64,000 nucleotides of DNA from Lytechinus pictus. Lineage: Eukaryota. The first letter of the stretch is position 1. Each line of letters begins with the position of its first letter. The notes beneath the pieces are model-generated. The model had not been told where the DNA came from and ran no database searches. It was given only the letters and a program-made list of their open reading frames with translations. The stretch lies in assembly GCF_037042905.1 (NCBI RefSeq), contig NC_087257.1, positions 18,414,001-18,478,000 on the forward strand. Direction: 5' to 3'. Position numbers and translations under genes: made by a program. Below, piece by piece: positions 48,647-59,400 of the stretch.

Positions 48647-49219
48647 TGTTTTTCATGACAGGGCATGAACTTCACAGATTGCTGCTTGAATGAACATACC
48701 GTTATATACATGCTAACGCCCAATTAACAATAAGGTATAGTGAACGTGCACAAGTATGTAACGCCATTTGTCAAATTTTAACAGGAGTGACTGCCATTTA
48801 TTAGAATATGACGTTATTAAGGTCGTTATTTTTTAATATACCCTTGGATTGATGGAAATCATCGTAACGCTGCATTTCTCAAAAAATTATTTATATTATT
48901 TAATTCCTTGGGGGGGGGGTACTGCTGTTAATTCATGTATAGTTGTATGAATGATTTATCACAATAAAATATCTGCGTATTTTGCTTGTTTACTTAAAAC
49001 ATCTTTTCAAGCATAGAATGGGCTGACAATTTCATAATACAATCTCTGTAGCTTTCCAATTTCCAATTATTAAATTTGTGAATTATGCGCTCGGAGACTA
49101 TTTTTGAATAAAAAAGCATAACCGAGAGAGGTCGCTAGTAGTCAAATTCGAATTCTAATCATCAGATTTTCCTTCGTAATATTGGAATGTTGGATGATAT
49201 CCAGGTATAATTCAAATAA

Positions 49220-49432
49220 CGGCGACACGATATTTGCTCTCTTGCGACAATTATAGCTCCGGGCTTCATTTCGTCTAAGATATAGGGTTGGATTCCAATA
49301 GGGTTTTATTTTAGGTTTAGTGTTAGGCTTAGGATAGGTTGTAGTGTTAAATCCAGGGTTGAAGTTGGCAAATCCATTAGTTTGTGGAATTTACAGCGGA
49401 GCAATTGTCGCCAGAGCAAATGTCATCCAACC
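49220..49432. mobile_element. MITE with internal TTAGG-like repeats
   Basis: Inverted GATATTTGCTCT..GCGACAATT..GCTCCG / CGGAGCAATTGTCGCCAGAGCAAATGTC. Confidence 0.55.
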
Positions 49433-49988
49433 TCAAATTGCCTGCTTTAGTGACGAGCTTTAACTTCTTATAAGTCATAGGTCGTGAATGTCTCTTAATA
49501 CATTAAATTATTTCAAAAGAAATTGAATTTCAGGCAGAAGTCGGTACACAGAGCCAAATAAATTATTATATCCAGATATAATGAGCTGATTTCATGTCCA
49601 TTTTATTGTTTAGTTTAGTATACTTACAGTACTTATACCCTCCGAAAAAAACCTATAAGCTACTTGACATTCAATATACGACTGAAAAAAATCGCAGAAC
49701 CATTTATGTTTTTTCTCATCCTATCCAACAATGATATTGGGGTTGGACTTCAGAAACAACGTTGCAAAAATTACACCCCCAAAAAGGATTGGTAGAAATG
49801 ACCATTCTCTTGGTTAAAAGGTGCATGTAGGGTTCATGATATGTGTCCAACCGAGAAAAATTGTCAAAATTTATTTTGAGTTTTTGACCAATTTTCTAGA
49901 TCGGACACATATTAACCAATAGAATTTTCACTCTTTTTTTTATAATCATTTGATTACCATGATTACTGCCACGGTCGAGGGTGACGAG

Positions 49989-50141
49989 TAGTTTGCTGGG
50001 CAAACCCTTCACTCGAGTTAAGGGTCTGAATGTACAGCCTACTCATGCCTTGTGTACTGAAGGCTCTCATAATGTGCTAGTCTTTGCGTGGAGGCACACT
50101 TGTTGATCAAAGTTCCAATCAGGGTCTGTGCCTGCAGACTA
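49989..50141. mobile_element. Short Academ-like (TAG...CTA) element
   Basis: TIR TAGTTTGCTGGGCAAACCCT / AGGGTCTGTGCCTGCAGACTA; 9-bp TSD GGTGACGAG/GGTGACGAT. Confidence 0.7.
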
Positions 50142-50629
50142 GGTGACGATGGCGGTAAAGTTTTCACAGATTGCTGCTTGTAGTTCGGAAACCTCGTTTC
50201 CATAGATACTCATTTGATTACCATGAATACTGCCGCGAGGTCAATGTCTCGTATTACGATCTCCAAAGTAAACCAAATAAAAACGACACCAGGCGCAGAT
50301 CCCAGGTACACTGAACCCCCTCCTTTCATCAAAGAGGATGGCATGTAAGTGGCCCTCCCCCCATTTCCGGAGAATAAAATGCCCTACTATGTAGCGCTCT
50401 TTTGCTTTCTTTTTTATACTCTATTAGAAGCAATTACCTCTCATGTTTGAAGCATCTCCATTTTTTAAAGCGAGCTAGGGTGTTGGATACCTCGGGAAAT
50501 TTTGAGCAACTGCTTCTATCATGTCTATTTTTCTTAAGTTTGGTGGGAACCCTTTTCTGCGAGCTGCGACTATTTGTTGTAAGAGAAATCCCTTACAAAT
50601 TGTCCAATTTTTTAGTAACGAAAATGTTC

Positions 50630-51657
50630 TAGTCTGCAGTCACAGACCCTCGGTTGTCGCTATTCGCGTATAGCTAGTGCACAATGCAGAGTCTGAAGTA
50701 GTGAGACTAGATTCACTAGAGTATAGGGATATTATGCATATCACAATACATCATTTATCTCATGCATGACAAAAGAAATGATATGTTTCGCTAGAAAACA
50801 TCTTTTCAGAAAATATTTTACTCGTAGATCACAATTACATTCATTTTATGGCTTTTATTCTTGTGAAAATCAGTTTCTCCATTCGCAAGTACAGATAGGG
50901 CCTATTGCGGCTATTTTGAATTTCAAAATACAACATTAATTACCGAAAAAGCAAAGGAAATAATACGTCTCGTTAGAAATCATGTCGTCAGACATTTTTA
51001 GACCATATTTCGCAATTATTGGCATTTTATAGTCAAGCAGATCAAAAACGTTGTCAGAATTATTTGTCCCCTATATTGCACATAATGGGTTTATGACAGC
51101 CACTTTGAAAACAAATATCATAATACAGTATTTACCACATAGTATAAAAATGACTTATTACTTGTTAATAATCATGTTTTCAGACAGTAGTCCACTCATA
51201 GATCACAATCACATGCAATAATAGTGCTTTTGTTTTAATTTTTTCCCCATTTATATTCTACATCATATCAAGAAAAATAGTTTCTCGTAAAAAAAAAATC
51301 ATTTTTTTCAGAGAGTATTTCACTCATGCATCACAACTATGTGCGGGAAATTTTATGATTTTGATGGGTGCGATTTGCATATTTTGGAGGCCATGTTGGA
51401 TATTGCCAATTTGCGGAAAATCCTCCAGGTTACACGTGTGGCATCATTCAGATTCGAAATTAGCGCTCTTGAAATGACAAGAAACCATAAACAAAATTAT
51501 ATTAAAAAAAAGAAAAAAAAAACATGGTTTAGTCCATTTTTTCTGGGATTTTAATTAGCCTGGATTGTACTGTGGCTGCATGGCTTGAGTTTGGCGTCTT
51601 GTCTTCACATGGTATAATTGGTTAAAGTATGAAATATGAGTCTGTACTTGCAGACTA
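50630..51657. mobile_element. Academ-like (TAG...CTA) non-autonomous element, ~1 kb
   Basis: TIR TAGTCTGCAGTCACAGACCC / GAGTCTGTACTTGCAGACTA; perfect 9-bp TSD AAAATGTTC. Confidence 0.8.
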
Positions 51658-51959
51658 AAAATGTTCCTCCAAAATATATCATTATAAAAACTTAAATCAG
51701 CACCTGGGATTGTGATCAAGACAAGTGGAATGGACGGTTCACTACTTCACTTTCCCTCTAAACAATGTTATTGGGCCAACATAAATGAAAATACATGAGC
51801 AATCCACAAAATATTGCCTCGCAACAAACTAAACATAATTTTGAATCAATAAGAAATTGATTTGAAGTCCGCCAATCCGAGAAGGATCTCGGAATGTCCA
51901 ATTACTTTTGACCTAGACTTGGCTTTCCTTCTTGTAATTTTTGAAATGCATTAGATTAA

Positions 51960-52557
51960 AGGAGAATGAAATCTTTGGAACAAGATGGCTTGTGTGAAAA
52001 CAGAAAAAAATCAAAGAAACAGATCAACGAAAGTTTGAGAAAAATCGGACAAATAATGAGAAAGTTATGTGCATTTGAATATTGAATATTGCAATCACTA
52101 ATGCTATGGAGATCCTCAAATTGGCAATGCGACAAAGATGTGTGATGTCACTTGTGAACAACTCTCCCCATTACTTTAGTATATATTTCACTTAAATTAC
52201 TTGTTTTATCACATCTATCAATAGATCATGTGTTCTTTCTATAGGAGGGCATGTAATACACATTTTTTTAAAGAATACATCAGGGATAAAAAGTTTGTAT
52301 CACCACAAGAAAAAGCAAAAAGATATATTTTGAGGGTATTTTATAGTCCATCAAAGGAAAAGTTGTTCACATGTGACATCACACATCCTTGTCGCATTGC
52401 CAATAGGAGGATCTCCATAGCATTAGTGATTGCAATATTCAAATGCTCATAACTTTCTCATTATTTGTCCGATTTTTCTCAAATTTTCTTTGTTCTTATA
52501 TTCTTTGATTTTTCTGTTTCGGCACAAGCCTACTTGTTCCAAAGGTTTCATTCACCT
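51960..52557. mobile_element. Kolobok-like fold-back element with ~200-bp TIRs
   Basis: ttaa|AGGAGAATGAAA...TTTCATTCACCT|ttag; long inverted arms. Confidence 0.82.
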
Positions 52558-52828
52558 TTAGGTTACGTTAAATCTTACAACTTCTGACAAAAAGCCAATG
52601 TGTGTAGTGTGTGACCTGCTTGTAATTACAGTTCCTTAAACTAACATCCCGCGCACACTAATCCGATGGGTCCTTAACTAGAAATTGATGGAAAAAAAAA
52701 ATCGATTACCCGACATAGCACAAATAATGGATACAGGCTGAATAGATGTACCTATCATCATGATCATTACACGTACATATGACTGAGCTTCAAGTCCGAT
52801 GGTTAACGATCAGTGCGTACTATATTTA

Positions 52829-52939
52829 TAGAAGCATCACAAAAATAATTCAGTTAACCTTGACTCCTTTTGCTGGGCCTGCCTTCTAGTTTAGAAGGCA
52901 GGAGTAAAGGTTAACTGAATTATTTTTGTGATACTTCTA
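52829..52939. repeat. Palindromic mini-element (TAGAAG...CTTCTA) with a nested inner hairpin
   Basis: ~40-bp arms plus inner CCTGCCTTCTA-gtt-TAGAAGGCAGG. Confidence 0.7.
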
Positions 52940-54129
52940 CGCATTTTGGAGGATCTTTATTCAAGATTCAAGATTCAAGATTTATTAAAACATATGATCG
53001 CATCTTGTTAAGCTGAATTGACAAATGTTTTACAAAAGAGCATAAAAATATACATAAAATCAACAAAAAAGTAATGTTACAAAAGAGTCAAGAAATTACA
53101 AAAACAATTATGGTATAATAATGAAGTGATCTTAGTTTTGGAAAGCTTTGAAAAAAGTACATATGTTGGAAAAAATTCACTAAATATAAAATTATTGTGA
53201 TGTAATATGGGTTTAAAGAAGAATTGAAAGGAAATTTGTTCAGTATTGACAATTGAAAATGAGAAAAGAGCATCAAAAATTACTGTCTAATGTGAAAGTA
53301 ACTTAAGGAAAGTAAGGGAAATAAATCGGGAGAAATCAAGAACAAATTACCAATCAATTATGCTAAATTAATGAGACTGTAAACTAATAAGAAACATTTT
53401 CAATATGCATGTACAGTAAATAATGGATTTCTTAATCAAGTTTTGTACTTACGTGTAATAAGCCCAGATTGCCAAGGTGTATTGTTTGCGCAGGCAGAAC
53501 AATGCTAGAGATACATCGGTAGGTAGATACTTTCTCTTCCTCCTGTTTATAACCTGTTGTTTATTATACATGCAGGTCTGCAGGACTGCTGTGCACGTTT
53601 TGGTTTCAATCATCTGGGTTTTCTTCTTTCTTTTCGTTGGGTCATTCAACCTGCGAAGAGACAAATCATTCGTCCTTAAATATTCCGTTATCGCCGACGA
53701 CTCCAATGAGTTGCATTACCCATGGACCTACTAATGAGTAGTAGCTAGGTCCATGTAGTAGCCAGTGAGCTCGATAAGAATATAAACCAGCCAGTAGCTC
53801 AGTATAGTAAACCCTTGATGGGGTCATGGATTCATATGGAGAGCAGATCTGAATTGAAAGTGAACTGATTCCGTGGAGTGTCCCGAGGGGTCCGTTACGG
53901 CCATATGGCTTAAGTGGAGCAGATTGGTAACCAAGGCCGTATGTCGTAGAGCCTAGCCCTGCTGGATTCCAGTGGTGGAGAGGGGGTTAATTAACTCTCC
54001 TCCTATGCCCTTATTACCAGTAGGTACATGCCCTTACTTATTAGGCTCCCCTTTAGAAAAGGAGAAGGCGGGGGGAGGGGTCGATCTTCAACATCCCATA
54101 CCTGCCGTACGAGAGGCGCGCAAGCAGAA

Positions 54130-54840
54130 CAGTGGTGGATCTACAGGGGGGGGGGGGGGGGGTAGGACACAATACGTCCGCAGCTCATCGGTCAACCCAT
54201 GGACCTACTACTCTGACAGAGTAGTAGGTCCATGGCCCGGGGGGAGGGGGCCACTTCCATTGACGAGTGGATACCATGCGCGACCATGGGGTCTCGAAAA
54301 GCACCCTAAACACGTATTTTTCATGTTCTGAAAATGCAACCCTTAACAAGTATTGGCGTCTGAAACCCTACCCTTAACAAGTATTGGAAACAAAACGATA
54401 CTCTTGGCAAGTATTCCCTGAATGAACCCCTAAACAAGTACAGCGATATGGTCGTCGGTTTACCCTTACACAGCATTTGGTTTAGTACGGCCCCACCCCC
54501 GCCCCACCTTCCACACCTCGCGCAAATCGGACTCTAAACACGTAGTGTTGGGGCAAAAAGGACATCCTTTATAAAACATTTTAATTTTGTTTTATCATCC
54601 CCGCAAATTTGACCCTAAACACGTAGCTTTCCTAGCGAAATAGATACAATTTTTTCATGATTTTTGTGTTTTGACACCCTTATCACGTTACGTACGTAAC
54701 GTGCCCTATCTTGAAAAAGACATCCTTTTTACGTGTTTTTTTGGTTGCGCATGATATCCACTCGTCAATGTAAGTGCCCCCCCCCCGGGGTCCATGGTCA
54801 ACCCAACCCCTCTCGAAGCAAACAGCTAGATCCGCTACTG
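54130..54840. mobile_element. hAT-like poly-G MITE hosting nested insertions
   Basis: CAGTGGTGGATCTA / TAGATCCGCTACTG ends; no clear TSD. Confidence 0.6.
54236..54789. mobile_element. Second CCCGGG-terminus element, inverted relative to 47193-47725
   Basis: Perfect 8-bp TSD GTCCATGG; body is the reverse complement of the 47.2-kb copy. Confidence 0.9.
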
Positions 54841-55629
54841 GTGTCATGATGACCGGGAACTTTTCCGACCCTCAAGGTTTGGTTGTTTTGGTGTTTTTTT
54901 TTTCAAATCCTCGTCTCTGTTCTTAATTTTCATTCTTTATTTTCGTTTTTTTTTCTTTCTCTCTATTTACCCTCACCTATATCCAATAACTGATTGCCAA
55001 ATGCCAACTCATCTCTCAAACCAATTTCTGTACAATGTGAATTCCTCTGACCGCTCCCCCCCCCTCTCTCGATCTCCCTCTCGTTCACACACTCCTCTCT
55101 CTCTCTCTCTCTCTCTGACCCACAAACAAATAGGATCTATTAATCACAAACGCAAACAGCTTGGCCCGGCGGGACCGCACCCCATCCACCCATCCATCCT
55201 GACCCACCACCCATACTCCACCTCTCTCCTCCCTCCTTTTCACCAATGTATAGCTGATATCCGATTTTTTTTTTCTGTCGATTCTTGTGTGGTGCCGCTC
55301 ATTTGGAATAAAGTTGTAATAATTATGCTGAATATGGACAATTACACACACACACTCCCCACCCTGACACACACACACACACAATAATTTAATCAACAAA
55401 CAAAGAAAACATGTACGTTGCTTATCTGAATCACTGACGTCAAAATTAATATTGGAATTTGCAGGCATTCATGATCTTATAGCTCAAAACACAAGAGGAA
55501 TCGCGATGGTGACGAATTTGACAATGATGGTTGGAATCAAAATGGTGAAGATAAAATTCCACAAACGAATACTGAATATCAATCAAAATGAGTGCAAATA
55601 AGGATAATTATACAGAAATTGAGAAATTT

Positions 55630-55661
<32 letters not shown>

Positions 55662-55819
55662 GGGGGGGGGGGGGGGCTACTGGATTCATTAACACAAAAT
55701 GAACTGTTCTCAAGACAGCGTGTCCTCTAGAAACATCGTGTTCGTCATCGTCATAACTGATTCAGGACCAGGGCCTACAGGGTCTACAACACCCTCCCAA
55801 AGAGGTATCTACGTGTAAC

Positions 55820-56340
55820 GAGTCCATTCAATGTTAACCTTCCCCCCTCCCCCACCAAAAAAAAAAAAAAAAAAAACAAGACGGCCGTGACCAATGGAAC
55901 TCCCAAGGATGTCCGCAAGGCAAAACTGACACCCTCTCAATGTGTGTCGTGCTTGCCGTGGGCATAGTTCTGAAGCGTAAGGCCCACAGAATCTACGGCA
56001 GCCACGGCGGGGCATCAGTTCATTCAATTTTACCCCTAAACACGATGGTCATTGGTACTCTCAAGGATGTCCGTAAGGCAAATTTGGAGCCCTCTGGAAG
56101 TGTCGTGTTTAATGCCATGAGCATAGTTCTTAAGCGTACGGCCCACAGAATCTACGGCAGCCACCCGGCGAGGCATCAGTCCATTCAATTTTACCCCTAA
56201 ACACGATTGTCATCGGTAATCCCAAGGATGTCCGCAAGGCAAAACTGGCGCCCTCTGGAAGTGTCGTGCTTGCCATGAGCATAGTGTTTCAGGGCCCGAC
56301 CTGCAGGATCTACGTCCCCCACCCAACGAGGCATCCATAT
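55820..56340 (-). repeat. Tandem triplication (~160 bp) of the ASNS C-terminal coding end and stop region
   Basis: Three copies of CAAGGATGTCCG.AAGGCAAA...GTGTCGTG...GCATAG...ATCTACG...GGCATC. Confidence 0.9.
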
Positions 56341-56469
56341 GTAAGGAGTCCATTCAGCTCTCCCCGGAAAGAACTCTTCAAATACCATTCGGTAGTAGTA
56401 GGACTCCTTTGTTGTTGGAGGGTTGAAAGGAAATGTCATTGGAGATTCATCCATCATACTATCTGTGAT
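56197..56469 (-). CDS. ASNS: ASNS terminal exon ([27 protein letters not shown]...[19 protein letters not shown]...NRV*)
   Basis: gtccag acceptor; FPFNxPxTKExYYYR motif. Confidence 0.93.
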   Translation of the reverse strand: MTDSMMDESPMTFPFNPPTTKESYYYRMVFEEFFPGRAEWTPYIWMPRWVGDVDPAGRALKHYAHGKHDTSRGRQFCLADILGITDDNRV

Positions 56470-59400
56470 CTGGACAAAACAATAAGGAGGCTTTAAAGGG
56501 ATGGTCCGGGCTGAAAATATCTATATCTTAATAAATAGAATGCACAACGTCATGAATATTCATTAGGTGGGCTGATTATGTCACGTCCCCACTTTCCTTT
56601 TTCTTATGTAATTACATGAAATCGTGAATGTTTCATTTTTTCATACATGTGTAAATTATGTGTCTCCATTATAATGAAATCAGTTGCGGCAATAAATAAA
56701 ATAATAATGCACTTAATCAGTTGTCAATCCAACTGTTTTAGTTCTTGGTAGAAATTTTTTAAATAAACCTTATTTCCTATAATAAAATACAAAAGAACAA
56801 GTGGGGATATGACATCATCAGCCCACCTAATGAATATTCATAAAGACATGCCTAGAACTGTTTCACCGGAATAATGCCAATCTTTAAAATTCAATAACTT
56901 CATTATTTGTTATCCGATTTTGATCAGCTTTTTGCTTTGTAAATTTCACTTTATTTATTGAGAAAGAAATATCTACAGCCTGGACCATCCCTTTAATACG
57001 GTGTACTTTTTTTCAAACCTGTGATACTAAACAGAAGCTTCATTCTGAATGCAGGAAAATAAAAGTGGATACCATTGGTGTAACCACCATAAAAAAATCA
57101 CAACAACAAATTAATTTTTACTTTACATTTGCATTGATTGTTCTAACATACGATGTTATTTTGAATAGCATCATTTTCAATAACTACAAGTAATACATTT
57201 ATGGTTTTAAACCACAAGCTGCCAAGCGTAACTAAAAATAAAGAACAGAGTAAAGAAACGGACAGAAAAGAGACCAATCTCCTGTATATATAGTAATTAA
57301 AAACAAAAGTACAAAGATGGGCTTAGTTACACAGGATGAAGAGGGCGCTGCTCAGTATAAGGATTTGCTGCACTGAGATCTCGGCAGGGCCAATGCAATT
57401 TTCAGCTATTGGTGCTACGAAATAATACTTGGTTTATTTTTGTTGAAAATGAAATGTAAAGGTAAATGATGAAACTTGGATCTTTGATCTCAGATATCGA
57501 TTTACGTTCTGTTTTACCATTTTTCTCAGGTTTGTCTTTTTTCCCTTCTTCTTATGCTCTGTTTATAGGGGAAGGGGGGGGGGGTTTAATGGGCGAAGTG
57601 TGGCGGAGAGTGCGTTTTCTTTTGTGTGTTTGTGATTGATTACACTTTCCTCAATTACTTAATGTAATTGTATTGTAAAGGGGGAAAAACATGTTCAAAT
57701 TGAGTTTTATCTGTAAATTATCAAATTTGTTTATAATTATATTCAGAGATATTTCTAGAGTTGTAATAATAATAATAATATAATATAATATAGGATATTT
57801 ATATTGCGCACATATCCACCTTGTTAGGTGCTCAAGGCGCTCCTATATTACCCGGCTAAGCTAGGCGTTCATAGCGCACACAGCTTTTTAAGGAATTACT
57901 TCCTACCGGTACCCATTTACCTCACCTGGGTTGAGTGCAGCACACTGTGGATCAGTTTCTTGCTGAAGGAAATTACGCCATGGCTGGGATTCGAACCCAC
58001 GACCCTCTGTTTCAAAGTCCGAAGACTAATCCACTGGGCCACAACGCTCCACATATTGTAGAAGATTTTTATTTCGCATTACAATTTCCGTTGTGATTGT
58101 TAATATTTACGGATTGATTCTCAGTTTACTTTTCGAATAATTATTTACATTGTTTTTCTTTGTATGAATTCTGATGCAATTATGTTAATAATTTCGTGTT
58201 ATTCATTATGTTGACATGTTATATATATGAGGAAGAAATAACATATGATTAAAAAAAAAAGAGTTGATCACAGAAAACGATATACTGTATAGTAACAAAA
58301 AAGTAGAATAATGCACATGTCAAACAAAGACTGGCTCACCCGCCCAAACCTATTGACCAAACCGGCAATTAAAAATTTACATCTTATCTTATCTTCATCT
58401 ATAAAATTAGCATACCTGTTGTTCGAAGTGCTCCTTGAGGATAACATACCACGACTTCTCAACCGAAGACACACCGTCAGTAAACCCTTCCTTGGTCCTC
58501 CAGAGTATCTCTTCCGGAAGGAAAATTCCATCATCGAAGGACTTCCGGATCAGAAACTTTTCGATACCGTTGATCGGTCGACGTAACTCCGGAGGGAGAG
58601 ACAGGAAGTACGATGTGAAGAGGTGATCGAGGAAGGGCACCCGGATTTCAAGGCTAGGGTGCAAACACCAAATAACAAATTGATTTTGCTGTGTGATTTT
58701 ATAGCACTATCCCGACTTGCACGCTATATTAACAGTTGCACTTCTTGGTGCATTACTTTCATAAACCCAATTATGCGGCTAATAGCAGCATAATTTGGTC
58801 GTAAAATCGGAGGAGGACCAGAGTTATCCGCATTATATTGATGCTGCAATTATCCGCATAATAGCGGCATCGGGACCAGATTTTGACTTTATGAACGCAT
58901 TTTCAAATAATGCGGATAATTGCATGGGCGGCTGAGCAGAAGATTATCCTTTGTTCATAGGGGACACCTTTTGGTTGTGTCCTCCCCCCAGCACAAAATA
59001 TAATATTCTACTCCGCCGCCCATGATCCCTTGCTAGAATTTGATGAACTATTGAGTCCTTCATTGGGACGAGAAAGTACTTCTGGTAAATGGAGGTGTAA
59101 TTTGAGATCATAATTTTTTTTAGGCAGACGCACCGCTATCGAAATATCATTGGCATCATCTTTATGTTGCACTAATACCCCTTTCATAAACCCAATTATG
59201 CGGCTAATAGCAGCATAATGTGGTCGTAAAATCAGAGGAGGACCAGAGTTATCCGCATTATTTTGATGCTGCAATTATCCGCATAATAGCAGCATCGGGA
59301 CCAGATTTTTACTTTATGAACGCATTTCCAAAGTAATGCGGATAATTGCCATAGTGCGGTCACAAGGTCACCCTTTTCCAACACAACCGCATCGGAGGGG

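Noticed and set aside
49260-49370. TTAGG-like repeats as interstitial telomere
   Set aside because: Degenerate and enclosed within MITE inverted ends.
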